Shown: positions 18,482-28,612 of the stretch, in pieces
How the letters are laid out: every line of letters begins with the position of its first letter
How positions within the stretch are numbered: position 1 is the first letter of the stretch
Virus record (IMG/VR): IMGVR_UViG_3300003375_000001
Coordinates: 160,001 to 224,000 of that record
DNA: 64,000 bases
Reading direction: 5' to 3' (one strand)
From: a virus
Taxonomy: Duplodnaviria; Caudoviricetes
Notes under the pieces: model-generated
Databases searched by the model: none
What the model was told of the DNA's origin: nothing
Seen by the model: only the letters and a program-made list of their open reading frames with translations
Translations under genes and position numbers: made by a program

Positions 18482-19081
18482 TTAGACTGCAGGTGTAGGC
18501 GTAGGGGTGTCTGTTGGAGGAGTAGCCGTAGCAGTTGTGTCTGTTGGAGGCGTCGTTGTAGCCGCCGCATCTGTAGATGGTGTCGTTTCTGTTGGAGGCG
18601 TAGCCGTAGCAGTTGTGTCTGTAGTAGTGTCAACTGGTGGTGCAGGTGAGTCAATAACCGGAGGCACTGTAGCGTCAGTTAGAGGCACGATAGTGTCTAA
18701 CACGGGGTCGGCGGGGTGACCTTCTTGCGCGTCTATGGCTATAGAATCTGCTTCCAAGGAGGCCTCTACTTCTGCAAACTTTTCAGTATCAGCTGGTGGC
18801 ACGTACAAAGCGGCGATATCAACGTTACCCGTTGTAGCTGCTTGGATTGCGTCAATACTAACTTTAACGAACCCTTCATCCTGTAGCATAGCTATAACGG
18901 CATCCGGAAGAATATCCAAGTTTTCGATGGACATGGCGGCTGTTTCTCTGCTGATACCACCATAGTAATTAAGGATACCTGCGTAAGAAACGAAGTCCTG
19001 TGCTGTTAGCTGTTCGGTAAGCTCTGGGGAAGTGGTCGCGTTCAAACGAATCAGAGCGTTTTTAATGATGATGGCTGACAT
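18482..19081 (-). CDS. hypothetical protein with a Thr/Pro-rich tail
   Basis: 199 aa with TPPTD repeats; SD AAGGA. Confidence 0.7.
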   Translation of the reverse strand: MSAIIIKNALIRLNATTSPELTEQLTAQDFVSYAGILNYYGGISRETAAMSIENLDILPDAVIAMLQDEGFVKVSIDAIQAATTGNVDIAALYVPPADTEKFAEVEASLEADSIAIDAQEGHPADPVLDTIVPLTDATVPPVIDSPAPPVDTTTDTTATATPPTETTPSTDAAATTTPPTDTTATATPPTDTPTPTPAV

Positions 19082-19144
19082 AGTAGTCCTTTGCTAGGTA
19101 AATGCTAGGTGATGTCTGTTTGAATACCACCTAGCGGTTTGTGA

Positions 19145-22100
19145 TTACTTGAGCTGAATGCCCGTATACAACTGAGGAGATACCTTTTGAAGTCGCTTAC
19201 GTTCCTTCTTGAGGTCTTCAATGTTAGTGATGACAAACCCTTTCTTTATCATCAGAGCCAAGTGATGGTCTAGTTTAGCCAAGTTAGACACCGTACCGTA
19301 AAGTTGATTTTTGGTGTCGGCCTTGTAGAAACGAACACCTGGAACCTTAACCTTGTTGATAGCCTTCATTGTTGCAGGGTGACCTAACAACGGCATAGCC
19401 ACATATACTTGATCTTCGTATATCAGTGGATAAGGGAACAGCAGAGACATGTCAGCATTGGCCTTGTGCTGCATTTGGAAGAACGACCTTACAGTAGCAT
19501 CTGTTGCCATGCCAAACTGGTGCACCGCGTTCTTTCTTTGCTTCATCCAACGCTGATAAACGTTCTTACAAGCATTGTTAGACTTGGCATCGAAAGTAAA
19601 CCCCGCGTCTGTCCAAGCCTTGAACAGCTTGAACATATGCTGAGGCGTCTTCATGACAGCGTACATATAAGGCTGAGGCTGGGTGAAGCCGATACCTTCA
19701 AGAGCGCGAGCACCACCCGGGTTCTTTTCAACGCCATCAAACTCTAGGTTTATGAAGTCATTGACCACTGTAATTTCCAGAGCAACGTGGATGCGCTCGT
19801 CTGTGTCTTCAGCCTTCTTCTTGGGGATAACAACCTCGGTTGCGTTCTTTACCTGGATGTCATATGGAACATCGAAAGGGATGTCACCTGACTCTTTGAG
19901 AATCAGTGTACGCATGTCACCGTGGTTAGTCTGCGCTCTATTGATAACGAAAGCGGCAAGCTTGTTAACTACGACCTTGTTACCACTAGACAATTCGATG
20001 CGTAAGGCCCTCTTACTTAGGCCCACGATCTGACCATCGCCATACTCCGTGTGAACCCAGAAGTTAGAGACCTTGTTGAATTCTGCGCGACTAAGCTCTT
20101 TCTGCGCAATGGACTCTTTTTCTTCTCCTTCGTCCTCGTCATCCTCTTCAGAGTCGTCCAAGTCCTGCATAAGAAACTGATCGTAACGAACAAGCCCCAA
20201 CTCCTCAGCCTTGTATATGTCAAGACCTGGCACATAAGGGACTCTATACATCAGCTTAGAATTAGGCAAGTTGGGTGCGCGCACAATTGGGGTCATGCGG
20301 CAGGAGCCGTCTTCGTTCATGTCTTCCGGATGTTGCTCCCGATACGCGGCGTAGTCCTTGAACTGAGCTACGTGCATTGCCGTGTATGCTTCAAATGCAG
20401 GGCGCAGCTCATCGGCAGTAGTTTCGTTCGACCTAGCAATAACGTCTAGAGTCATCGGAAACAGGTCAGGGCTAGGAACGTTCTCATCACTGTATAGAGG
20501 GTTACCCGCTTCCTCGAACTTAGTGATAACAACCTTCTTAGATACCAGGTAGGCTAGCTTGGTAACGTCGATTGTTCCAGCTGCGATGACCCAGTCTATG
20601 TATATGAACTTGCGCTCTTCCTTGACCTTGATGTTAGGTCTGCCAATACGGGAGTTACCTTGTTCAAGAGCACCAGGCGTCCAAACGGAATCAACACGAA
20701 TTAGCCTAGAGCAATTGTGAACTAGAACTGGTATAGCAACGTCAGCTTTACCTTCTGTAGTGCCACACGCAAAGAAGTTATGGTTTCCTTCTACTTCAAG
20801 GTCATACTTATAGTCACCAATGACTTTAGCACTATGCAAAGGTGTGATAGCATTAACGGTAAGATAGTGGTTGTTTATAAAGGAATCCAGTCTAGCGTGA
20901 ACTTTCTCTAGACCTTCGCTATCGTAACAGGCATCAGCTTCTATAATAAGACACTCTATACCCTTGTCAGCATAGGCTTTTATTAGCTTACGATCATGTA
21001 CTTTACCTCTCTTTGTATATTGGCGAGCACCAATAACCTCAACGACACGCAAAGAACGACCCTTGGAGCTAGTGTGCTCGGTAGAAATAAAGTCTGGATT
21101 TTTAACTACGCGTTGTCCGTCGATTTCAAGGGAAACGAAGTACTGACCGTCGCCCACGTACTTCAAGCCAGGTATTTCAAGCGAAATTACATTACGCTCA
21201 GGCTTATTAGGAAGTGTTCCTTGAGCCTTTAGCATGGCGCGTACGCCTTTGGCTGTAAAAGAAGGATCTGTGGCGTGACGGGCCTTTACTATAGAACTAC
21301 GGAGCTTACGTGACGCAGGCTTCAGACACGCGTCCGATATAGCATTACCCCAGTCAACGTCTTCGCCTGTTTCACGTTTGGCTTCCCAAATACCTTTTGA
21401 TACAACACTCCGGGCCTCTCGATTTTCTTGGATTTCCCAGTAGGCATTTCTGCGTTTGGAAATAAGTTCTCGATAAGCAGCGTCTTTCCAATTAGCTTTA
21501 GACCTCTTAGACATAGCCTTACGGGCTTCATCTGTAGAGCAAGCTTTTGCTATGGCTGCACCTACAACCTTCTTATAAACGTCGTCTGCCCAAAGTGCTC
21601 TTAGTCTATTACTGTGGGCTGCGCGGCGCACAGGATCTTTCCATGCTTTTTTGCCCCCTTCCGTTGTTCTCTTACGCGCAGCCTTACCTGCGGGCATGGT
21701 CTCAAACGCTTTACGCTTGGCTACGATTAGTTCCCTGTAAGTATCGTCCTCCCAACGCGTGGTAGCATGAAACACTTGAGTTTGCTTATAGTTTGCAAAT
21801 TTCTCTGTATCAATACCATGCACGGTTGCTCTGTGCTTGTTTAATCCAGGACCTGGGCGGAAAATATAGCCGCACTCTGCGCACGCCACGTTCTTTACCT
21901 GACCTCTTGGGATAAACGAGCCGTCTGCGTCCAGTTTGAGCTGATCAAATTTACGGCCGTAAGTAATAAGCTGGTCACCTACTTTAAGGTCTTTGGCTTG
22001 AACTTCCTTACCGCCTTTCAAAAAGAAAGTATGGTTGTCCGTACACTTTACCTGTGCCCGTTCACCTGACTTATTGTCCTGTGTGGACACGCTAACAAAC

Positions 22101-25100
22101 TTGTCCTTATCACGTACTTTGGTACGGATCTTTCGAAGAATCTTACGAGGTTCTATCTTCTTAGTTTCCAAGTCATAAGACAGAACTTCTGTGATGGCGT
22201 CGTTCTCGTAAATATCCTTAATAGGCAATGACGTTTTACGATCAATCAGAACAGGTGTGTCCGCTGTGAAGCAGAATTGAAGGTTCAAGCCCGTGTTCAT
22301 AGAAACTTCAACACCCACCATAATTTTCTTGTTGGGGTTGGTTTCAAACTCGGCTCCGCACTCAGCCTTGTTAGAAGCCGTATACAGAATTGCTTGGGCT
22401 TTAAGCTCTGGAGGTAAGCACTCGAAGATAGTCTGAGCCGACTGATTGTAGTTACAGAAAATCAGTACCTTACCTGGCGTATTACTATCCAGGTGCTTCT
22501 TAACCAGTTCAATTACTTTAAGAACCTTAGGGCTGACTCGGTCTTCACCTTCCAGCATAACTGTAGCCAGAGGGTCGGCGGCTGGAGATATAACGTAGCG
22601 TTCTAGTCGTTGCAGATAGGGCTTGAGCAGGCTATCGATGTCAAGATCGTCTGCATTGGACTCCTCGTCTTCACCGTCCTCTGATTGCCCCGTAAGCAAG
22701 AACCTCAGTGCCTTATTCTTAGACATCTCCTCTTGAATAAGCAAGGTTACTTCTTCAAGAATAGACTTGTAGACGTGTTGTTGTTTAGGTGTCAAAGACA
22801 CCATGTGCGTATTTTCTTTCAGCAGAGGCAAGAAGGCAGCCCACTCTTTACGTTTAGCGTTAACCACTACCACGCTAGACTTAAGACGAGACATAATGTC
22901 GTTTTCCGCACCTGGCTTCCACGACATGACCTTGTTGCCACGAACGTCATCGGCATACTTATTGATGAAGTCTGCTTGACTACCAAAGATGGAAGGATCA
23001 AACAAACTCACCTGCTTAACCAAGTCCATCAGGCTGTTAGGCGTAACGGTACCAGAGGCTAAACGTTTGTAAGGGATATCGGAGATAAGACGAGCTACCG
23101 CGTTCTGACGGCCTGTTGTGCCCTTCAAGTAATGGGACTCATCGCAAGCCACGTAGTCAAACTTGAACTTGCGCAGCATTTCGACAACAGGAAACACATT
23201 GGTAGGAGCTACGCCATAACCAATCGGCGTCTTTTTACTCTTACCATTACCAATGTTATAGTCTGTCACAACCACAGTATTAACGGGGGCTGTGCGGATC
23301 ATCTGTTCCAGACCACTCAGGCCATGGCGACGAGGACTCATAGTATAGCTATTCACCGCGATCACGTTAACGCGACCTTCAGTGAAGTACACGAACTCCT
23401 TGACGTACTGGCCTACAAGGTGTGAAGGGCACATGATAAGGACACGGTGTACGTGACCTAACTTCATTTCCTTCAGCGCGTCTGTCAGAATCATTGTGGT
23501 CTTACCACCACCTGCGCTAACTGCTAAGATAGCAAACTCTGGAGAATTCCTAAGAACGTTTTGAGCACGAACTTGGTGAGGCATTAAGCCTTTGCCTTCA
23601 CCCACAAAAGGAATAGACTCGCCTTGGTAGTTGGCATCTACACCTTGGTGCTCATACTTTTTACGAGCCTCACGGTCTGTCGAAAACGTAGTTTCGATAT
23701 CCTTTCCGTACAGCTCTGCTATCTTAGTTACCGCCACAACGCTACACACGGTTTGAACCGTGTAGGCTATGCACAATGTCTCAAACGAGGTGGCAGCCAG
23801 TTCGTTAACAAGAGCGATAGCTTCCCAAATAGCCTTCTTACTATTGAGGTTAGTCTCCACAGTGAGAATGTCGGCGAAGGTGATATCACTGGGTTCTGTC
23901 TCAGCCTCGTCGTCTCTAGCCCTAATCGTTTCTACCATTACGGGCAAAAGCGTTTTCAGGTCTGGCATAGGAGTTTTCACATTGCCATTGCCTGTTGACA
24001 CTGATCGCAATAGAGTATAGGCATTGCCTCCGCGTTCACCGTTCACTGGCTGACGAAGCAGGCGGGCCGCGTGAGTTGCATTAACCGGATACGAGCGATC
24101 AAGAGACTTGACCATCAACTTACCATCACGGTTAGAATAGGCAAACTTCAGGTTAACCCAGTCGGTAAATATAGGCTGTGACGGTGGAAACTGCTTACGT
24201 TCCGTAGTCTTGTCAAGAGGTATGGCACATAGCACACCGTCTGCCTGAGACAAGGCAGCTCTAAGCTCCGAGTCATACTTACCTACGTTGTTTGACTCTT
24301 GAGGTATGTACCATAGATCCGCGTTTTCGTCTATGAGAATACCGTGTTCATTCGCGCGAGACTCACCCTTTACGCCTTGAATAGACTGAGCTATAGACGA
24401 TAAGGGGAGTGCAAACTTTGGAGGGTCACGGAAGTAGCCTAGGCGGCCGTCAATCCATTCACGGATAAGACCATAGAAGTCAATTGGTCGAATCTGCATC
24501 CAAGGTGTCTGACACAAGTATTCTGCTTGCATTGACGTTACTTCGAACGTCAAAAAGGTTGTGACCTGTTCGCCTACAACTGCTATGGACACTTGACCGT
24601 TGTTCAAACCCTTAAGTGCCGCAAGATAAGCAGTCTTGAAGATACCTCCAGTATCGCGGAGAGACTCGACGGACTGGGTATGCGTTACTTGGATAGTCAC
24701 AGTTTCGTTAGGGAACTGAGGTGTCAACGAAACCGCTGGATCAGTATATAGACCTTCTGGCTGGTCATTACCACAGAATATTTGCTTCAGTTTTTCTGTC
24801 CAGGTGCTGGCCCCTTCAAGAGGCATAGTGAACACAGGAACAGACACTTCAAACGTGTTGTTGAGCTTCTTTACCTTTACAAGGCTAGACGCAGCGGAAT
24901 CAGTCCAGAACTCTGCTAGCTGATTGATAGCCTTGTTGTACTGCGCGCGATCACGACCAGAAGGTGGACGTTGAACCAGTTGAGGATATAGGACAGCCGT
25001 AGTGAAAGCAGCCCAAGACCAGCGAGAATTCTTGATCCTGTTGTTATACAGGAACATGAACCCCGTTTTCATGTCTAAGGCACGCACGAAGGCAGGGTTA

Positions 25101-25240
25101 GAGAACGCGGGGTCTGCCTTCAGCGTAGAAACAGGCCGTTCAGACGAAGCCTTGACAACATAGTTGCGTGCTATCTGACGTGCCATTTCCATGACACGGT
25201 CTGACCGCGCCACGGACTGAGGTTTGATTAGGATTTTCAT
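19145..25240 (-). CDS. large SNF2-family (SF2) helicase/ATPase precursor containing an intein
   Basis: Motif I SAGGGKTT; motif II ACDESHYLK; motif III ASGT; KVLIFC; motif V GLNLQF|C interrupted by the intein; motif VI EQGNSRIGR. Confidence 0.92.
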   Translation of the reverse strand: MKILIKPQSVARSDRVMEMARQIARNYVVKASSERPVSTLKADPAFSNPAFVRALDMKTGFMFLYNNRIKNSRWSWAAFTTAVLYPQLVQRPPSGRDRAQYNKAINQLAEFWTDSAASSLVKVKKLNNTFEVSVPVFTMPLEGASTWTEKLKQIFCGNDQPEGLYTDPAVSLTPQFPNETVTIQVTHTQSVESLRDTGGIFKTAYLAALKGLNNGQVSIAVVGEQVTTFLTFEVTSMQAEYLCQTPWMQIRPIDFYGLIREWIDGRLGYFRDPPKFALPLSSIAQSIQGVKGESRANEHGILIDENADLWYIPQESNNVGKYDSELRAALSQADGVLCAIPLDKTTERKQFPPSQPIFTDWVNLKFAYSNRDGKLMVKSLDRSYPVNATHAARLLRQPVNGERGGNAYTLLRSVSTGNGNVKTPMPDLKTLLPVMVETIRARDDEAETEPSDITFADILTVETNLNSKKAIWEAIALVNELAATSFETLCIAYTVQTVCSVVAVTKIAELYGKDIETTFSTDREARKKYEHQGVDANYQGESIPFVGEGKGLMPHQVRAQNVLRNSPEFAILAVSAGGGKTTMILTDALKEMKLGHVHRVLIMCPSHLVGQYVKEFVYFTEGRVNVIAVNSYTMSPRRHGLSGLEQMIRTAPVNTVVVTDYNIGNGKSKKTPIGYGVAPTNVFPVVEMLRKFKFDYVACDESHYLKGTTGRQNAVARLISDIPYKRLASGTVTPNSLMDLVKQVSLFDPSIFGSQADFINKYADDVRGNKVMSWKPGAENDIMSRLKSSVVVVNAKRKEWAAFLPLLKENTHMVSLTPKQQHVYKSILEEVTLLIQEEMSKNKALRFLLTGQSEDGEDEESNADDLDIDSLLKPYLQRLERYVISPAADPLATVMLEGEDRVSPKVLKVIELVKKHLDSNTPGKVLIFCNYNQSAQTIFECLPPELKAQAILYTASNKAECGAEFETNPNKKIMVGVEVSMNTGLNLQFCFTADTPVLIDRKTSLPIKDIYENDAITEVLSYDLETKKIEPRKILRKIRTKVRDKDKFVSVSTQDNKSGERAQVKCTDNHTFFLKGGKEVQAKDLKVGDQLITYGRKFDQLKLDADGSFIPRGQVKNVACAECGYIFRPGPGLNKHRATVHGIDTEKFANYKQTQVFHATTRWEDDTYRELIVAKRKAFETMPAGKAARKRTTEGGKKAWKDPVRRAAHSNRLRALWADDVYKKVVGAAIAKACSTDEARKAMSKRSKANWKDAAYRELISKRRNAYWEIQENREARSVVSKGIWEAKRETGEDVDWGNAISDACLKPASRKLRSSIVKARHATDPSFTAKGVRAMLKAQGTLPNKPERNVISLEIPGLKYVGDGQYFVSLEIDGQRVVKNPDFISTEHTSSKGRSLRVVEVIGARQYTKRGKVHDRKLIKAYADKGIECLIIEADACYDSEGLEKVHARLDSFINNHYLTVNAITPLHSAKVIGDYKYDLEVEGNHNFFACGTTEGKADVAIPVLVHNCSRLIRVDSVWTPGALEQGNSRIGRPNIKVKEERKFIYIDWVIAAGTIDVTKLAYLVSKKVVITKFEEAGNPLYSDENVPSPDLFPMTLDVIARSNETTADELRPAFEAYTAMHVAQFKDYAAYREQHPEDMNEDGSCRMTPIVRAPNLPNSKLMYRVPYVPGLDIYKAEELGLVRYDQFLMQDLDDSEEDDEDEGEEKESIAQKELSRAEFNKVSNFWVHTEYGDGQIVGLSKRALRIELSSGNKVVVNKLAAFVINRAQTNHGDMRTLILKESGDIPFDVPYDIQVKNATEVVIPKKKAEDTDERIHVALEITVVNDFINLEFDGVEKNPGGARALEGIGFTQPQPYMYAVMKTPQHMFKLFKAWTDAGFTFDAKSNNACKNVYQRWMKQRKNAVHQFGMATDATVRSFFQMQHKANADMSLLFPYPLIYEDQVYVAMPLLGHPATMKAINKVKVPGVRFYKADTKNQLYGTVSNLAKLDHHLALMIKKGFVITNIEDLKKERKRLQKVSPQLYTGIQLK
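20714..22273 (-). mobile_element. 520-aa intein (aa 990-1509) with a C2H2 finger, W.D..YR repeats and a Vsr/DUF559-like endonuclease
   Basis: Block A CFTADTPVL; block B KCTDNHTF; block F YDLEVEGNHNFFA; block G LVHN followed by Cys+1. Confidence 0.93.
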
Positions 25241-25249
25241 TTGTATGAA

Positions 25250-25969
25250 TCAGCTAAGGGATTTAACAACACTGTCAGATACTTCTTTATACTGGGTCTG
25301 GATATAGTTTGCAAGACCTGATTTGATCTCTAGCATTTCGGTGCTGAATACCTGGTAATCGTCCTTCTCCATACGAGGTCTAGCACTTGCTTCTAGCCTT
25401 GACAAGGCAGTAACGATTTGCACAGCTATATCCATAAAGGCAGGGCGCACATGTCTCTCAACTATGTGCTGCCCTAACATACCTTTGTCCCGTACTGCCT
25501 GAACGTCAGCTATCAATTCTCGCATTTGAGACACGGTCATGTTGAAACCGTGTATTCCTCTAGCGCCGTGTGACGTACGGACAGGGTGCTCCACAACAGG
25601 GAGAATCGATACCATCATCTGCAAGAGCGAGCGCAGTATCAGAGTAACGGCACCGTCGTCTTCTCCAAGCTCCAGCATCTGAAGAATTACATCGCTCTTT
25701 TCGCCAAACTTAGACTTAAGTGCCTGTTCGATTTCAGCGTCGCTAGCGGGCGTTGAAACTACAGGCATATCTTTATAGGGCTGGACTATAGCTAAAGCCG
25801 TAGTAGAAGACTTAGATTTTTTCTTGATCTTCGTCGTTGTGACTATGGCTTCAGGTTCGTCATCCACTGAAAAGGCCGAAGCCCGTCTGCGAGACTTGTC
25901 GTTATTAACAGGTTGGCTGACGGGCTTCGAAGGTGGCTTTTTTGTAGTAGGGAAGGACTGTAGTTTCAC
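25250..25969 (-). CDS. hypothetical protein
   Basis: 239-aa ORF with a helical C-terminal half. Confidence 0.7.
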   Translation of the reverse strand: MKLQSFPTTKKPPSKPVSQPVNNDKSRRRASAFSVDDEPEAIVTTTKIKKKSKSSTTALAIVQPYKDMPVVSTPASDAEIEQALKSKFGEKSDVILQMLELGEDDGAVTLILRSLLQMMVSILPVVEHPVRTSHGARGIHGFNMTVSQMRELIADVQAVRDKGMLGQHIVERHVRPAFMDIAVQIVTALSRLEASARPRMEKDDYQVFSTEMLEIKSGLANYIQTQYKEVSDSVVKSLS

Positions 25970-25983
25970 TTAGAACCTATGGA

Positions 25984-26778
25984 TTACAGAGCAGACATTT
26001 CACGGACTTGCTGCAACACAAGGTTCATATACTCCGGGCTGTAAGAATACTGTAGCTTCCAGTATTCTTCTGGCGTCAATTTTGCATCCATAGCAGAAGC
26101 CGCTTTAACCTTGTTGCGAATAGAAGGAATGTTCTTAGTGTCCAACTCGGCAATAGACACGATGACATCGGATGGCACAGCCACTGCTTTCTTGATCGAG
26201 TTAGCAACCACAATGGCGTCACCTTGATCATTGTGACCAATGCACACACCGTAGTCCATGTCAGCGCCATAGCGTGCGGCATTGACGAAAGCAACAAAGT
26301 AAGAGGTCTCGGACGTTGAAGGTGCTACCTTAGCCTGTTGCACAAAAGAGATACGAGGTGTAGAACCACGAGGACTAACACGAGCGCTCTCCAGCAAGTG
26401 AGCAAGGTCATCAACACCTTGACGGGCTAAGTACTTACCGCTGTGACCTTCTTTCATTTCCCAACGAGTTTGATCCTTCTCGTCCATGTATATGTTTGCA
26501 GCTACTTCACGGAAGCCAGCAACAACAGGACCATCAACCGATCGAACTTCGCGGTTGGGCACAACAAAGCCAACAGCGTAGTTCTTACGCTCGTCTAACC
26601 AACGGAAGCTGTCTTTGACAGGACGCGCTTGGTTATTCAGGGCCAGAGAGATTTCATCGAACAAAGTATCCTTGTCTTTAACGCCACCCACAATGGTAGC
26701 GGTAACAAAAGCCAGCTTGGCTTCAGGAGCGCTAGCGACAATACGGTACTCGTTGATAGTAGCAAGATTTGAAGGCAT
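25984..26778 (-). CDS. hypothetical protein (possibly virion)
   Basis: 264-aa ORF with SD AGGA. Confidence 0.7.
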   Translation of the reverse strand: MPSNLATINEYRIVASAPEAKLAFVTATIVGGVKDKDTLFDEISLALNNQARPVKDSFRWLDERKNYAVGFVVPNREVRSVDGPVVAGFREVAANIYMDEKDQTRWEMKEGHSGKYLARQGVDDLAHLLESARVSPRGSTPRISFVQQAKVAPSTSETSYFVAFVNAARYGADMDYGVCIGHNDQGDAIVVANSIKKAVAVPSDVIVSIAELDTKNIPSIRNKVKAASAMDAKLTPEEYWKLQYSYSPEYMNLVLQQVREMSAL

Positions 26779-26834
26779 GGTGTTTTCCTATTTCAGTTTG
26801 AAGAGTATGATTGTAAGGGATGGCTCAACGTCAC

Positions 26835-27437
26835 TTAAGCACCGTTGGCTTCTTTTCGCGTGGGGTCGGAGATTCCGTCATCAGTAAATTCGTCGATTTC
26901 GTCATCGTCGTCTTCACCGTCAGTAGTAAGTTCGTCTACCAGTTCGTCGTCACTGGTATCGATTTCCTTATCCACTTCTGTATGTGTGTCTTCTGCGTCG
27001 GCTTGTTCAACAAAGAACTCCATCGGTTCTTCTATTGCCAAACCGTTGTCTTCCATGTATTGCTTACCACGGGCTCGGATTTCGTCTTCGGTGAATAGAA
27101 CTGCGCGTTCTACCGCTGACAGAAGGTCTGTCTGAAGAATAGGGCCTGCTGAGGCTATTCCTGGATTGACGCTTTGCACGTCACCGAAGTTGTCATCAGC
27201 AACTATCATGGAATTGATGAGAGGCCATAAATCGGTTTCAGGTATACCGATAGCCATAGCAAGAGCTGCCACTTGAACAGGCGTGGGGGCAGGAACTAGT
27301 TCCATGTACGAGTCCAGCACCATCAATAGGTGTTCGGAGACAGGTTCAGGAGACAAGGTTTCTTGGACAAGCTCTGGCTCGGATGTTATGTCCAGAATGT
27401 CGTCTTCACCTATGGTAATTTCGTTTTCGAAAGGCAT
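26835..27437 (-). CDS. acidic hypothetical protein
   Basis: Start moved to ATG 27437 behind SD AGGAG; very D/E-rich. Confidence 0.7.
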   Translation of the reverse strand: MPFENEITIGEDDILDITSEPELVQETLSPEPVSEHLLMVLDSYMELVPAPTPVQVAALAMAIGIPETDLWPLINSMIVADDNFGDVQSVNPGIASAGPILQTDLLSAVERAVLFTEDEIRARGKQYMEDNGLAIEEPMEFFVEQADAEDTHTEVDKEIDTSDDELVDELTTDGEDDDDEIDEFTDDGISDPTRKEANGA

Positions 27438-27491
27438 GATTGAGTTCTCCTGTCCCATAAAAATGAGTCAAGTGGCATAGAGCGTAAAAGA

Positions 27492-27773
27492 CTAAAGGTG
27501 TGAATGCCTCTTGCCGTGACACCTATCGCAAAGTGTCAGAAGATTGGCTTTAGACGTGGTTCCACCTCTAGAAAGACGAATAGCATGATGAGTGTCCAGT
27601 TTGACCTTTGATCCGTCATGGCGAATAGTACCGCCAACGGCTTTACAGGACATACAGGTTTTGTCATCACGCTGCTGCACTTCATTAACAGTGGTGTACC
27701 ATTTAGGCCCGTAGGTATCGCGCCTGATTTTTGCTACACCACTGCCTTTTGCATATCGAGCACGCGGTCTCAC
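27492..27773 (-). CDS. small HNH endonuclease (gp74/McrA-like)
   Basis: RD..TC..C, HH...SRGG.....NL.TLC..CH..RH. Confidence 0.88.
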   Translation of the reverse strand: MRPRARYAKGSGVAKIRRDTYGPKWYTTVNEVQQRDDKTCMSCKAVGGTIRHDGSKVKLDTHHAIRLSRGGTTSKANLLTLCDRCHGKRHSHL

Positions 27774-27812
27774 TTGTGTTTGTCCTTTGGCTTAGTAGAA
27801 GGAATCCACCAG

Positions 27813-28529
27813 TTAAAAATGCGAAGGTAGTACCCCAGCAGTAGTCCTTGAATCATAGCTGTCCATTCGTTCGCCCGATATAGCGTTTATAATTGGCACC
27901 TTTTTAAGGATAGCAACGGCCCCGCTAGCCATACCTTGCCAGTAAGAGTCGTAACCCTTGGCTAGCAAGGACTTAAAGAATTCGCTGGTTTCTTCGCCGT
28001 ACCATTCGTCCTGCTCGTCTTCAGTAGGTATATAAAGCTTGCGTACGTCTATGTAGCAAGCCCATACTTTTCCTGAGCCATTACCTGTGTACTCGTCTTT
28101 AGCATACTGAATGTCTTCAGCAAACCACAAGCCGTTGGAGGGAATCCTGAATTGCATATTCCCTGTATGTGGTGTACCATGAAACATAATCCTAGGTAGC
28201 TTCGAACTCTTGAAAGGGTTCTCTATTACGTGATTTGGCCAAAAGTCAAACTTGGTCATAAGACTATTTATAGCGGAGTCAGACGTAGACGCTGGTCCTG
28301 GAATCCTAGTGGCTGTTTCCAGCCTGGCCTGAATCTGTTCGAGGTGCTTATCGATAGTGCTAACGACACTAGCGTGTACCATCTTCTGAAAGATGTCTGT
28401 AACGTAGGCAAAGTTGTCGCCTTTACCTTGTTTAGCTGCAGCCTTCTTAGCTTCGTTCCATTTCTTTTCAAGCTCAGAGACGGAACCTTTACCTTCAGAC
28501 GCTAACTTCTTTATGTAAGGTGTTGGCAT
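27813..28529 (-). CDS. putative ADP-ribosyltransferase-like domain protein (possible virion effector)
   Basis: MFHGT...GLWFAED..YA..Y...V.ACYI...K...GYD pattern of ART-like folds; start moved to ATG 28529 (the in-frame ATG 28616 is possible). Confidence 0.5.
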   Translation of the reverse strand: MPTPYIKKLASEGKGSVSELEKKWNEAKKAAAKQGKGDNFAYVTDIFQKMVHASVVSTIDKHLEQIQARLETATRIPGPASTSDSAINSLMTKFDFWPNHVIENPFKSSKLPRIMFHGTPHTGNMQFRIPSNGLWFAEDIQYAKDEYTGNGSGKVWACYIDVRKLYIPTEDEQDEWYGEETSEFFKSLLAKGYDSYWQGMASGAVAILKKVPIINAISGERMDSYDSRTTAGVLPSHF

Positions 28530-28612
28530 TGCAGTTTCCTCATTACGGTCGTTACCTAGGCCTTGACGCCTTTCCTTTAGCCGTCGTAGCCATCTATCAA
28601 TTTTCTCTTCCA

